A DNA stretch of 64,000 nucleotides from assembly GCF_000143415.4 (NCBI RefSeq), contig NW_003314303.1:372460-436459 (forward strand), read 5' to 3'. Below the pieces are notes generated by a model. That model ran no database searches. It was not told where the DNA came from and was given only the letters and a program-made list of their open reading frames with translations. Both the position numbers and the translations under genes were made by a program. Positions 12,089 through 24,340 of the stretch are shown piece by piece (the first letter of the stretch is position 1; each line of letters starts with the position of its first letter). The stretch comes from Selaginella moellendorffii. Lineage: Eukaryota > Plantae > Lycopodiophyta.

Positions 12089-12255
12089 ATATAATATATA
12101 CAAAAGAAAGAATAGCACCTACATATTGGACAGATCATAACAAATTATATGTCATAATAAAAAATATTTAAAAACAAAAGCAAACCAAGTGTTACTACAA
12201 TGCAACGCGCAGCAATTTTTTTTTTCTTTGCAGCCTTAAATTTGAATTTAGGGCT

Positions 12256-13814
12256 CTAGCGATGGGAGGCACAGACAAAGCGGGGCGACGCGACCACGGC
12301 GGCGCCCGCGCCCGCGAGCTCCGCCATCTCGATCGGCTTCCCAAGCGGCGATCGCCAGCTCCAGCGATGCAAGAGGTAGGCGAGGGTGAGCGTGACATGG
12401 GGCATGGCCAGCGGGATCCCGACGCAGCGGCGTCGCCCGGACGAGAAGGGCAGGAGATCGAAGTCGTTTCCCAGCACGCTGTGGTCGCTGCCCAGGAATC
12501 GCTCGGGGAGAAAGAGCTCGGGGTCGCTCCAGATGCTTGGGTCGTGATGGATTGCCCAGATGTTCACGAGGACTGTGGTGTGGGCGGGGATCGTGTAGCC
12601 GGCGAGAGTTACCTCGCGATCGTTGTAGTGGGGGAGGCCCAGCGGCGCGATTGGATGCTTCCGGAAGACTTCCTTGACGATGGCTTGGATGTAAGGCAGG
12701 TCTTTTAGATGCGACTCCTCCAAGGGACGATCTCTTCCCACGACTCTGTCCAGCTCCTCGTGAGCTTTCTCCTGGACTTTGGGGTTTACTATCAGCTCCG
12801 AGATGGCCCATTCGATCGTCCCCTTGGACGTTCCAGTGCCGGCCAGCAGCAGATCCTGCGTCCCAAGCTTACGTGAGAAAGAACGAAGAGCGTTAGTCTT
12901 CTTTTGCTTACCTGGAGCAGTGCGATGATCTGGTCGTTGCTCAGCTTGTTTTCTCCTCCCAGAGTCAGCATCACGTCGACGAAGTCCCGGGGATTTTCTG
13001 GATCGAAGTCTTTCGCGTGCTCCTCGATGACTGCTTCCAGAAAGCGAGATCTTGCTGGTAGGACTTCATTCTCGAGTCGTTTTTGCGTCCCTCTGAGCGT
13101 GTCCAGCCATCGCATCGCAGGGATGTAATCACCGGCAATCAGCCTCCTGGATTCTTTCGCTTGGATCGCCCACGACGCCTTGTAGGCTTCGGCCTCGGGA
13201 GTGAGCGGCGTGTCGGTGCCGTAGAACTTCCTCCCGAACAACACGCACGTCATGAGGTTGGTGAAGAACTCGTGCAGCATGGAGCTGAGATCAAACTCGT
13301 GCCCGTCTTTTGCAGACGCCTCGACGATCTCTCCAAACGCTCCCAGCTCCCTCTTGCGAGTGCTGGCAAAGTGGCTCACCTTGGAGGCCGTGAAGAGCTC
13401 TGTGCCGCACACTCGCCGCAGCATCTTCCATCGCTCGCCGTGCGGTGCAAAGATAAGGTCCTGGAAGTTGTAGCTAAGGAGGCGACCGATGGTGGAGAAC
13501 AGGGGCCTGCTCGCAAACTCGACGTCGTGCTCCTTGAGGACTTGCCTCGCCATCTCCGGGCTGCTGATGATGATGTGAGGCCGGACTCCCAACCGGAGAA
13601 ACATAACAGGGCCATACTTTCGAGCCATCTCGGCCAGCGAGCGATGCCGATAGGGGCCGAGCGAGAAGAGAGAGCCAACGAGGGGCCATGAAAAAGGACC
13701 TGGTGGGAAGTTCTTCTTGCTCCTCGCGCTGGTGGAGTGGAAGATCTGGAAGAGGAGCAGCAGGGCGGCCAGTGACGGGCAAATCCAAGTCCCCAAGAGC
13801 AGCAGCGCATCCAT
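12256..13814 (-). CDS. Cytochrome P450, CYP71 clan (A-type); exons 13814-12912 and 12855-12256
   Basis: N-terminal TM helix, PPGPFSWPLVG hinge, I-helix LLLAGTGT, KEVFR (ExxR), LPERF, heme motif PFSSGRRRCVG, one 56-nt phase-0 intron at the A-type position. Confidence 0.93.
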
Positions 13815-14089
13815 GATGTTGCCCGGGTAGAAAAAAGAGATTGGTGGAGCTTTAAGTACGTCGAAATGATGAATCGAAGGCTCCGGAGGGAGTGTTCGTC
13901 GAAGCATCCATGTGTCCTGTTGCTTGTTTTTATATGAATATAAAAGATAAGCTAAGATCTCTTTTAAACTAATGACAATTAGGGTTTATGCTATTATTCG
14001 TTTTCGCAATTGTTTTGTCTCCCGAGGAAATAAATGTGATCAATCATCTTCTTACTTGTGATCTCATGGCAATTTTGCAGATGCTCCTC

Positions 14090-14800
14090 CGAGCGGTTTC
14101 ACCTTCAAAGCATGCGCTCCAAAATCCAAAGCCTTCCCACTCAGAAGAGGATGAAAAGTATGTCGTGTGGTCTGATTCAGGCGAGATATGGGAGCTGGAG
14201 CTCGTCCACACGTACGTGGACTTCCTCTTCCATGGGCTGGATGACAGCAAACAGCAGGCGGTGCTAAAGTGAGGCTCCATGCAGTCGGCCAAGCAGGTCT
14301 TCCAACTGAGCTCTTCAGCCAGGTAGGCTCTGGCTGCCAATGTCAGGATCCCCAAGATCCTGTGGTCGGGCTCGTTTAGCCAACCCAATCGTGCTCATGA
14401 GTATGTTGGCGAATTGCTCCAAGGCAAGACACTTCTGGTCCGGGATGCTGCGGAGATGGGAGCCAGCTGCTGGAGACGTGCAGGAGCTGCACAAGCAGGG
14501 GATAATCCACAAGGACATCAGCCCCAGGAATGCTGTTTACCGTGAGCAAGGTATTGGTTTAGAGAGGTTCTATCTTCTCAACTTCGTGATTGCTACATCT
14601 GCGTCAGACAACAATGGTAGCTAGGGACCCAGCCCTATCAAGGACCTGGAGTTCGAATATATGAACTCAATGTTCGGCAATGCAATTGATACTTCAGTGG
14701 AAAGGTGGCTGGGATGGATTTGCTGTGGTGGGCTGCAGTGCAGGAGGAGGATGAGGATGAGGACTCGGTGGCTGGCCTGGTGCAGTGTTTGAGGTGCCCC
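14090..14800 (+). pseudogene. Degenerate protein kinase remnant (H-R/K-D-I-S type)
   Basis: ELHKQGIIHKDISPRN...FYLLNFVIA (catalytic loop and decayed DF motif) and a downstream DLE. Stops and frameshifts. Confidence 0.55.
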
Positions 14801-15003
14801 CTTTTATTCTTATCCGAGATATGACTGCTGAATGACTAAAAGCAACTTGCTGTTATATCTTTAGCTTATCTAGGAAATAACGTCAAGCATCTACATCACT
14901 CATGTGTTTCTAAACAAATGTACGATCATCTATGTGGACTTAAAATGGACTGTGGATTTAAAATGGATTGTGTGCACTTAAAATTTGTACGATCATTTAT
15001 GTT

Positions 15004-15056
15004 TGCCACTATAAAATAGTTTTTCATATATGCCACTATAAAATAGTTTTTCATAT
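15004..15056 (+). repeat. 27-bp tandem duplication
   Basis: TGCCACTATAAAATAGTTTTTCATAT twice. Confidence 0.9.
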
Positions 15057-16004
15057 CGTAAACACTTATGAAATTGTAAAATTTCATAAATTTAAAGAAA
15101 AGTCCAGTTGCTTAAATTTAGCTACTTCACTTCTTTCTTCCTTAATTTATGAATTTTTTTTGCAAATTTTCAACCTTAATGTTTTGAGCCATATGTAATT
15201 AAGCTCAAGCTCTTCCTCTTTTAACTCAGCTTTAAGCCTTTTTTACAGCATTTTTAATATGAATTTCCTTTTTTCAATTTGCTCATCTAAATGGTTCCAT
15301 TTCACCATCTCATCAGTAAATGGTGCAATCTAACTAGTCATACACAAGTGGCTTTGGATTTATTAAGAAAGTTTATATGTATGCAACTAGAGTTAAAAAC
15401 ATTTAACAAAAGTTCAATACAAATTAGTTTTTTAATACTAAATACATGAATGTTGAGTTAAACTCCAAGCCTATCACACTATAATATGCACTCAAAATCC
15501 CCTTCAAACACTAACTTCTTATATTTAACTCTTGCATGTAAAATAATGCCAAACAGTGCCTAATACAATTTCATACTAGTAAGCTAACAAGAAAAAGGTA
15601 GGTATCCCACCAATTAAAATAATATGAAACTTGAGTTTAAACCCAAGCCATACACAAAATAAAAAGCAAACCTCTTCACCAATTAATACCATAGTCCAGA
15701 ATTGTAGAGCCTTAAGCCTTTTCACCTGCAGGTGCATCATCCTGAAATTGTAGAACAAGGCTCTACAATTTTGGGCCAGTTGCACTGCTAGTGCAGAGGC
15801 TAGTGAGGATCTAGGATGAGCCATGTTTGCTACAGATAGCATAGAAACAGAAAGTAAAATGCCAGTGGGAGATGCTAAAGAGCCAATGAAGAATTGGGGT
15901 CAAAACCTTGCATAGCAAACTTGATCCAGAACCAGCATAGTGCTGCCGCTCTTGATCCAGTCTCAGAAATAGTGTAGCCTCAAGGCTGAAAGAAACCGAG
16001 AGGT

Positions 16005-18095
16005 TGGCATAGTTACGAGAAATGGTTACTGGATTTGGCGAGTCTGTGGAACGGAGGTAATCAAATGCAAAGACGAGCTTTCAAAAGCAGGATTTGTTTG
16101 GAGCTGTCGTTCCTGAGGTTTGTCACTCTTTGGCAGGGACTTCTTGGAATTTTGAAGTTAGTCCTGGAGAAATTGAAGAGAGACTAAATCGGTTTTCTTT
16201 TCTTCCAGGACCTTTAGCTTCATGCTCTTGGCTGCAGGCACAAAGAGTTATCCATGGCCGTTCACAGATGCGGGCTGCAATTGTTGTTCTGATAATTTCA
16301 TAGTGGAAGCCTGATGGACGTTTGAGGAACATGAAACCAGATGCTTCCTCGTGGCCAATGCTCTGACTGACAAGTTTTTAGTTGTTTCATGGGCATTCCT
16401 GTTACAAGGGTACGCATAGATGAACATGCTTTGTAAGTCTTTCAAGTGTATTGTTCTCGGGCTTTAGTTGGTACTCTGATTGCATGTTCCAGTTGGCAGC
16501 AAAGAGCAGGGAAGAAACGTGGAGAAATCCTTGGAAATCCACTTAACAGTTGCACAAGTCTGTGTTCTTCCATTTGTTTATGTTTTAAGATGTTCTAGAT
16601 GCGTACTCGCGCGGGCAAAGCAACGTGTCAATAGTTCAAAATTGTCACAAGTATCAGGGTGGTTGCTGTCCCTTTTGTGCGGCGGTGTACTGGTTTATGC
16701 GGCTTGTGCCACCTCGATAGATATTTGCCCACAAGCCCGATGCCTGGTATGCTTTGCTGAAGTCATATTCAGTGGCTATGAAGATCACAGAAGGGACGGT
16801 GGCGGACAGAGGCGCGGCAATGTCATCATAGGAGAGGAGCTGACATTCCACCGTTGGAGCGTTATAGCATTCATCGCAACAAGACGACAATGATTAGGCA
16901 ACTTTGCTGAAGTTGTGGCAACCCATCAACATATTGGCGATGCACTGCATGGGCAGCCATGGGCATTACACACGAAACTGATCATCTGTACAAGAGAAGA
17001 CAGAGCAGGCACCATGCATTCAGTTCTAAGAGCATAGAATGAGTGCTAAAGAAGAGAACACTACTGGTAAAAAAGAGTGCTAGAGCAAAGGGCTAGGGCT
17101 TGGGCTTGAGCACCTTCTAGAAGGGAGTGCTTCCTCCTTCCATTGCTCCAGCGCGTCAGCGGCTAGATTCTTTCGGAGTGACCATGCGAGATTGTACACA
17201 ACAATATCGACTACTGCGTGAGAAGGGGAGGGAATTCATGGCACACAATGCAACCGCGCATTTGTTGACGGTTGTAAAATATTTCAACCCAGAGGCGAGT
17301 TTCTCTTTTTGTTCCTTCGCAAGGCTTATTCAACGATAAGACCACCGTCGCTCAATCACTTTCAAAACCTTTGAGCGTGTAGCCAAAAGTTATCATCGGA
17401 ATGGCGACTGCTCCTGCCAAAATCTTGTGGAGACTGGCAAGGCAGATCATCTCTTGGAAACTCTCCACGCCAGCGCCGGGGCATCTAAATCGATACCAGG
17501 AATTGTTTCTGGAAATGCCATGTCGCAGCATTGCATAAACCTTGCTAATGCAAATGTACGCAATGCTTGGAAAAACAATTGTACTGATTTTTTTTGGAAA
17601 AATCTCAAAGAAAGATAGTGTTTCGTGAAATGCGGTAGTGCTTGCATATGCCCATCCCTGTTATCTTGTTTAGATCTTTGGCGATGGTAGATGCTATGAC
17701 AAAAGACTCCAGGGAGATGAGTCAAAAGAGATTGCAAACATCCCAAAGAGCTTTCTGGAAAATCTTTCTCAGTTCTTATCAAATTCTTGAAATCAATCAA
17801 ACAACAGAAGTCTTGCAAAGACGTCAGGATGTGTGTTAAATTCTCGGGCTTTTGCTCGCTGCTCTAATTGCTTCTTCCAGCTTGGGAGATGGAAGAAACG
17901 TCGGTACAACCTGGAGAAATCCTTAGAAATCCACTCGCTCGTTAGCTTCAAGGTAGAGTTTTACCAGCCTGAACTTCCGTTCTTTTGTTCTTTCAACTCA
18001 CAGGCTCCTGGATATGCTCCAAGTCTGGTTCTTGTTCTTGAGAGTTCTTCCATTTTCTAAAGATGAGTGCTCGCGCGGGCAAAGCACCATTTAAT
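16005..18095 (+). repeat. Decayed segmental duplicate of about 22030-24530 (trypsin-like gene 3' exon plus PPR remnants)
   Basis: Shared blocks such as GTTACTGGATTTGGCGAGTCTGTGG (about 16025 and 22066), TCTTCCAGGACCTTTAGCTTCA (16201 and 22348), GATCATCTCTTGGAAACTCTCCAC (17445 and 23466), GCATATGCCCATCCCTGTTATCTTGTTT (17644 and 23676). Confidence 0.85.
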
Positions 18096-18149
18096 AGCTC
18101 GATCGATCATTGATTAATCTTATCAGGAAATTTTCTCTTTCTCGTTTGC

Positions 18150-18635
18150 AGGCGCATACACGACGACCAGGACAGTGGATGGAGGTTCGTGCTTGCTGTT
18201 GTGAGACAGGCATCTCACGCGGCTCGCGCAATCGTTGCATCTCATGCGGAAGAACACTAACCTTAGCTCTTACGAAACTAGTGAATCCATCGCTGTATGC
18301 TGGATTGGAGGAAGCGCTGGCGAGACGATCCAATGAAGAGGAGCTGATTGTTCTTGCCTGTCACAAGGAAGAGGGACGCGAGTGAATTCCTACAAAGAAA
18401 AAGAACTTAGAGAATTCTTTTTTCTCGCAACTGGATGTATCACCCGTCGTTCCGGTTTCGCACAAGTTTCTGTCATGGGTCATTGATGAAACTCCTCTAG
18501 CTACAACTCATATTTTCTCTCGCAGGACAAGGCAAGTGTTGGAGCAATGCATGCCCAAGAACACTGCGGAGCTGACGATGGCCGGCATTTGCTCGAGGGA
18601 CTCGTGACGAACGTCTTTGTTGTCTTGGGCACGTA
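18150..18635 (+). pseudogene. Class IV PLP-dependent aminotransferase-like gene fragment
   Basis: After a splice acceptor: GAYTTTRTVDGGS.LLL*DRHLTRLAQSL, and later GRHLLEGLVTNVFVV. Stops and frameshifts. Confidence 0.6.
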
Positions 18636-19776
18636 AGTCATCGAGTTCTTTTTCTCTGGGTTGATCTGTTCTCTTCTAAGAATTGTGCTATAGTTTCTAG
18701 TGTTGGTGAAGAATAGATATGCGTCGTCCAAAAAGCTGTGATCGAGAAATAATTCAAAGTTTTCTCAAACTCACCCAAACTCATGTTTTTTTTTGTTCTC
18801 TCAACTCTATAATTTGTTCGGAGAAGAACATCCCACACCTTGGGACGAACGCTACCTCTGGAAAGAAGCATTTGTGACGAGTATGAATCTCGCTGCATTT
18901 TCCGAATTTTTACGTCCTTCTTGCGTGAGACTGTGAACAAAATCCAAATGCCAGTGCCATGGAACACAAGCGCGGTGGAATCCAAATCACTGGGATAATT
19001 AAATCTCTCAAGGTAGACTTTTTTCCCTTATTAAAATTATTCTTTTCTTTCCACTCACAGGCTCCCGCCAATGTCATAAAGATGCTCCAGGTCTGTATTC
19101 TTGTTCTCCATTTTTTTCTGTTTTTAAGTAGTTCTTGATGCACAGAACCGGGCAGTACCTGAATCGGAGGATCTTAATTACATCAAATCTCTGGATTAAT
19201 TTTTAAACAACGAACTTACAATACAATGAGAACTCGTGCCTTCGCCATTGGAGTTCGTTCCAATCTATATGAACTCGGATAATCTGACGTGATTGGGGTT
19301 CTGCAAAACGTATGATAGTAGGCCGGTGCTGTTGCCGTCAGGGAACTTACGATTCAAATACGTTGATAGCACAATGATCCTCGTCAAGGGTATCTTTACA
19401 TTACATGGATTGTGACTTCTTTCTCTTTCCAGGTTTTCAGAGCTATATGTTTGCTTCTCGAGTTTTATATGTTCCTAGGCTAGTGTACCTTATCTGAGCT
19501 GTGAAACAATCGGCTACGGTCAAAGAGAATAACGGAAACGAGGATTTCTGTTTTCCTTCTGCTTCTTGAGATTTCTTGCATGATTCTTTTGTTATTTGTA
19601 AGGATAGAGAAATCTCCCCGTTCATAAAACCGCTGTCTCGCATAAGAAACCGAGACGTAAGAGAGAAAAGTTTCAGAAGTCAGCGTGTTCTACCTAGCTG
19701 GTTTCTTCTCGTTGTCAAATGGGGGAGAACAGGTGATTTTCTTACTTCATTTTCCATGTGTTTTTAATGAATACAA

Positions 19777-20317
19777 GTTCACTGTTTCAACAGGTTTGTC
19801 AAGCGATGTAAGAAATATTTGCTTGTAGGTGTAATGGATGATCTGGCCACTGTCGTTGATTCAAAGCATGCCATTACGTTTGCGCACGAAGGGCACAGCG
19901 TTTGGCAAGTTGGACATGTCTTTACCTTCAGACACCCATTCAAGCAAACCGTGCAGGAGGTGCCAGTCATTCTCGAAGTGGAAGCATTGTTTCGGAACTC
20001 GGATCTCATCCTCTTGAGACGGATGTATGGTGAGTTCCAATAGTATCCAGGGTTGGAAATACCGCAGCAAGGCATGGAGCCTTGGCTGCCGGCATGGACT
20101 TGTTGCAGTGAGACACGGCGTTGTGAGTGAAGATTCGGAGGAAGCGTCCTCCATTCGAACAAATGGCTTCTTAATGGGCGACTCTGGATCTGTCAAGGGT
20201 GAAAGTGGTGGTGGACTCTTCGTAGCCGACAGTGGAGCTTTGATTGGCATGAACATCGGGGTTAACCATGAGGATGTTTTTGTCTCATCTTCTCTTCTCA
20301 TGGAAATACTAGGCTAG
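19777..20317 (+). pseudogene. Trypsin-like serine protease domain, disrupted
   Basis: Triad-like motifs AITFAH, SDLILL and GESGGGLF..GALIGM, with a TAG at 20041-20043 and a frameshift near 20080. Confidence 0.7.
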
Positions 20318-20349
20318 GCTAGGCTCTGTTTTGTTTCTTTACAATATAA

Positions 20350-20900
20350 GCTCATTAGAGGTCCATCTAAGCGCGGCAGCAGCGTTCATTCCATCAGCGC
20401 GCGGTGCTCCATTTGCGAGATGTTTTCGCGACGAGCGAGGATGTTTCAGGTCGAGCTAGATGCTATGGTGAGCTTGAGCCAGGGTAGAACGTCGAGATTC
20501 GAGAAGGCGGGATTGTCTGTTTGGAAGTCGAGCTGTTGAACCATTCGAGCAGTCGAGAGACGAACAGTTCCGCGTATGCCAGCTTTTTTACTTCGAAATC
20601 TTTCTCCCACAGAAGCCGCAGTCACGCTGGTTTAGCAGACAAGACAAGGTGCCTGATTGATCCGCTAGGACGATCTAACCATCTAGATTGTGCAGTGGAG
20701 ACTATGACGCCGGGAAAATTTCTTGAGATGACAAGATGGATGTGTGGCTAGAGATTCGCTATGCTTTGATGTGTTCTCTCCGCGTTGGCAAGAGCTTGCG
20801 AGTTTATGACACACCAGTTACTTGCGCTAGCAACATGATCCTGTAAAAGAGCTGTAGCCAAGCTGGAAATGCACGCGGGCAGCATCAGGCAGGAACTCGG
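20350..20900 (+). pseudogene. PPR (PLS/E-domain) remnant
   Basis: SHAGLADK..CLIDPLGRSNHLD resembles ACSHAGL...CMIDLLGRxGxL. Confidence 0.5.
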
Positions 20901-20979
20901 CTGGTCGAGATTCGGTTCCGTCTCCCAGAACTAAGGAGTGATATTTCACGGCGGTCGCTCTAGGGTTTGGGTTTGCGTG

Positions 20980-22208
20980 AATGGAGGGCAACATTCTAAG
21001 CGATGTCTTCCACCACCTCGAGGTGAGCAGCTCCATCCGTGGGGTGTAAGTTGCCAAATTTGGATTTTTTGCAGCAGCATCCCGCTGCGGATGCGGATGA
21101 GCGAAAGTGCCGCGAGTACCAGCAGCTTCTTGTCAAGGTAAGCAGGATCGATCTCTGGAAGAGTAAATTCTCCACCGATTTGCGTTGCTGATACGCTGTG
21201 ACAGGGCGAGAGTTTAATGCTGGTTTGTTTGTTTCTGCAGCAACGCACTGAGGTTCAACACCTTCTCGAGCAACAGCAGCAACTCAACGAGCAGCAGCAG
21301 CGGCTCAACAAGCAACTCCAGCAGCTGCTCCGGCTGCCGCCAGAGCCTACTGTGGTCTTTCCAAAGGTATCACCTTTCGCTCCTGTTCTTGCTTTCTTTC
21401 CTCTTAGATCATCAAGCTTTCTTCTTTTTCTTCTCAGGAAGAACCTGTGCTGCGAGTTGTGAATGGCTGGTACACTGGCTGGGACATAATTTCCAAAGCG
21501 CGGGAGGATGCGGCAATCGTCGGGATCGACCAGTTTGGCCACCGTGCAGTACACTTGCCCGATCATGCGTGCGTCGTGGTGGCTAGAGACGGCCTCGAAG
21601 TCTTCCAGCGGCTTGATCTTCGCTTCCCGAAAGCCATAGACAACAAGACGACCACTGGCTACGTTCTCTCGGACTATGATATGTGTGGAGACAATGCCGC
21701 CGGAGCTCGAATGGTGGTAACCGAGGACCACATTTCGCCAAGCATGGGAAGCGTGGATACGGATCGTTACGAGGACGAGCCTGGAGAGCATTTGGTGATG
21801 GGATGCGACGAGTCTGGAAAGCTGATAGTCCGCTGGGGACAAATGCTTTGGGTCAAGCTTCCCAGCGGCTTGAAGATTCCAGATTTTTACCGCGAGAAAT
21901 GTGCGCACTTCGGCATCGGGAGCGGTGCGGAACTCGATGGAGGTGCAGTCTTTACTCGTGGTAAGTGAATCTTGGTATTGTTCTTGTTTGCTGTTCGTTG
22001 GTAACATGGTTCTTGATGTGTTTCAGCTGGTTTCCTTGGCATAGCTACGAGAAATGATGAGCGGAGTTACTGGATTTGGCGAGTCTGTGGGACGGAAGCT
22101 CCTTGCGTGCGGATTAAAGTAATCAAATGCAAAGACAAGCTTGCAAAAGCAGGATTTGTAGCAGAGAAGTTGGAGGCCACAGCCTGTCATGAAAGCTTAC
22201 TGTCCTGA
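20980..22208 (+). CDS. Coiled-coil plus trypsin-fold protein lacking catalytic residues; exons 20980-21022, 21074-21137, 21241-21366, 21438-21960, 22027-22208 (approximate)
   Basis: Open spliced frame MEGNILSDVFHHLE|QHPAADADERKCREYQQLLVK|QRTEVQHLLEQQQQ...|EEPVLRVV...GSGAELDGGAVFTR|AGFLGI. The C-terminal motif resembles GxSGGPVF..G.LVGI with Ser replaced by Asp. Confidence 0.6.
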
Positions 22209-22439
22209 GGTTTGTCACTCCTTGCCAGGTACTTCTTGGAACTTTGAAGTTAGTTCTAGGATTCCTGGAGAAATTGAGATACTTGAGAATTCGACCTGAA
22301 TATAAAATCGGCTCTTTTTCTTGGATTTGCCTGCTGGGCTCATGGTTTCTTCCAGGACCTTTAGCTTCACGCTCTTGGCTGCAGCCACAAAGAGTTCCAT
22401 GGCCGTTCACTCTCGGGCTCGACAGGTGAAACTGTGACG

Positions 22440-24340
22440 TTATGTAGAGAACGACGAGTTTGCCACCGCTTTGGAGCTCTTTTCGCTGGCACTGTTTCGT
22501 GATACTCGGACTGTCGTGACTGTTCTCATGGCTTGTGAAAGCCTGGTCTTGGCAGTCGACATCATTTTTTGGAGAAAACTAACTGGAAAGCACAACACTC
22601 TGCTAGATGCTTATACGAAGTGTGGCAGCGATTCGAGGAAAGTATTCGCAAGCATGCAGCGTCACGGTGTTGTGTCATTGAACGCTCTAATGCTTGGGTA
22701 TGTAGGGAACGGGAAGGACGAGCTGGCACTCGAGCCCGACTTGCGGATGCTAGGACGTAGCTGCTGTGGCCTGTGCTGGACTATCAGCACGAGAAAAAAA
22801 GCTGTGAACTCGATGCGAAAGGAACCAGGATCCATCCTCAAGCTCGAAACTGTGGGTATGATCTGGAGCTTTTCGTGGCTAATGCTCTGACTGATAAGTC
22901 TTTAGTTGTTTCATGGGCATTGCTGCTACAGGGGTACTGAGGTGGCGGTGAACTTGCTTTGTAAATCTTTCAAAGTGGGCTTCACTGATTGCTTGTTTCA
23001 GTTTGGCAGCAAAAGAAACGTTCAAATCCTGGAATCCACTCAACAGTTACGAGTTTCATCAAATGTGCTCTATAGCTTTCAAGGTTAAAGTTCTTCCAGT
23101 CACAAAGATGCTCCCGAGTCTGAGAAAACTCTTCAATTTTTCATGTTTTAAGAAGTTCTATGGGCAAAGCACCATGGCAGCTATGTTCACTCACAAATGT
23201 CAGGGTCAAAGCCATGAAGCCGAAGCTTGTAGTTGTAGTGTTTAGAACTCTCAAAAACGCAATCGGGCGAGCAACAAACATTTACTCATCCACGAACCCC
23301 AGACAAGTCGTGGATGTTTAACACAATTCGTTCAACACAATTTGCGCGGAAACAATTTTTAAAAACTTTGCGCGTGTGAGCAAAAGTTGGCGACTGTCCC
23401 CGCCAGGAACTCGTGCTGCTCACTCAACAGGGGCTGATCATCGGAGACTGGCAAAGGAGTTGGCTGATCATCTCTTGGAAACTCTCCACACCAGTGCTAA
23501 ATTTGCCCAGGGCGGGAATCTAAACTGAATCCAGGAATTGTTGATGCCGTGGCATAGCATTGCGTCTCATAAAACTTGCTAATGCAAATTTATGCAGGCG
23601 TGGCAAAACCTTGTATCGATTTGTCTTGGAAAGATCTCTAAAAATGATAGTCTCTCGTGAAACGCGGTAGCGTCTGCATATGCCCATCCCTGTTATCTTG
23701 TTTGGATCTTTGGCGATGATAGATGTTATGACAAACGAACCACAACAGCAAACAAAAAAAACCAATGGTGGCAGGATTAGCAAGAGAACAAAGCTGTGAA
23801 CTCGATGACAAAACGGTGAAGGCGCAGAAAGGAACCATGATTCATCTGGAAGCTCGGCAACATTTCATGGCCAATGCTCTCATTGCAAAGTGAAGTTTTT
23901 AGCGGTTTGAGGCATCCTGATGTTTCATTGGCATGACTGCTACGTACAGGGGTACGCGGAAGATGGAGGTGAACTTGTTGTAAGTCTTTCGAAGACTGGA
24001 GCAAAACGGTCATGGTGTTTGTTAAATTGCTCGGCCTTTGGTCGCTGCTCTAATGGCTTGTTCCAGTTTGGCAGCAAAGAGCATCGAATGAAACTCAAAT
24101 CTGTGGAGAAATATCCTTGGAAATCCACATAACAGCTTCGAGTGACTCCGTCAAACATGCTTTGGCAGTGTTTGACAGGATGAGTGTTTGACATTGTCTC
24201 GTGAAATCCGCTCATCATCCTCGCTTTGGATCTCTTCGAGTGTGGCAGCATTCCAGAAAATCTCGCGGACATTCGTCGCCGCTCTCGCAGCTTGTGCAGC
24301 TCTTTCCGCTCATGAAGATGGAGAATTCTTGGCCTCAAAA
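22440..24340 (+). pseudogene. PPR (PLS-class) remnants
   Basis: NTLLDAYTKCGSDSRKVFASMQRHGVVSLNALMLGYVGNG; RTFVAALAAC. Fragmented. Confidence 0.7.

Larger units (their letters stand above)
6560..12171 (+). pseudogene. AP-like (EEP) endonuclease domain fused to the helicase, split by the LTR element (6560-7078 plus 12089-12171)
   Basis: LNTKSITAHQEDIKSD..., IINLHRKP, TRNNKLIDHI. Removing 7079-12092 restores the frame: IDHI*IKDIIYTKERIAPTYWTDHNKLYV, which contains the terminal (S/T)DH motif of EEP nucleases. Confidence 0.75.
2400..12225 (+). mobile_element. Helentron/Helitron2-like rolling-circle transposon (degenerate), interrupted by an LTR retrotransposon; termini approximate
   Basis: AT-rich Rep-helicase-endonuclease coding remnants at 2682-7078 and 12089-12171, a hairpin at 2406-2430 and a T10 run at 12216-12225. 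The true 5' end may lie upstream, beyond the window start. Confidence 0.8.

Noticed and set aside
12190-12225. Canonical Helitron 3' end (hairpin plus CTRR)
   Set aside because: No convincing hairpin or CTAG, only a T10 run, so the terminus is left approximate.
13083-13691. 202-aa plus-strand ORF
   Set aside because: Antisense shadow of the P450 exon.
16654-16990. Possible minus-strand exon fragment (78-aa ORF)
   Set aside because: Coding-like but no family recognised, and the neighbouring frames are interrupted.
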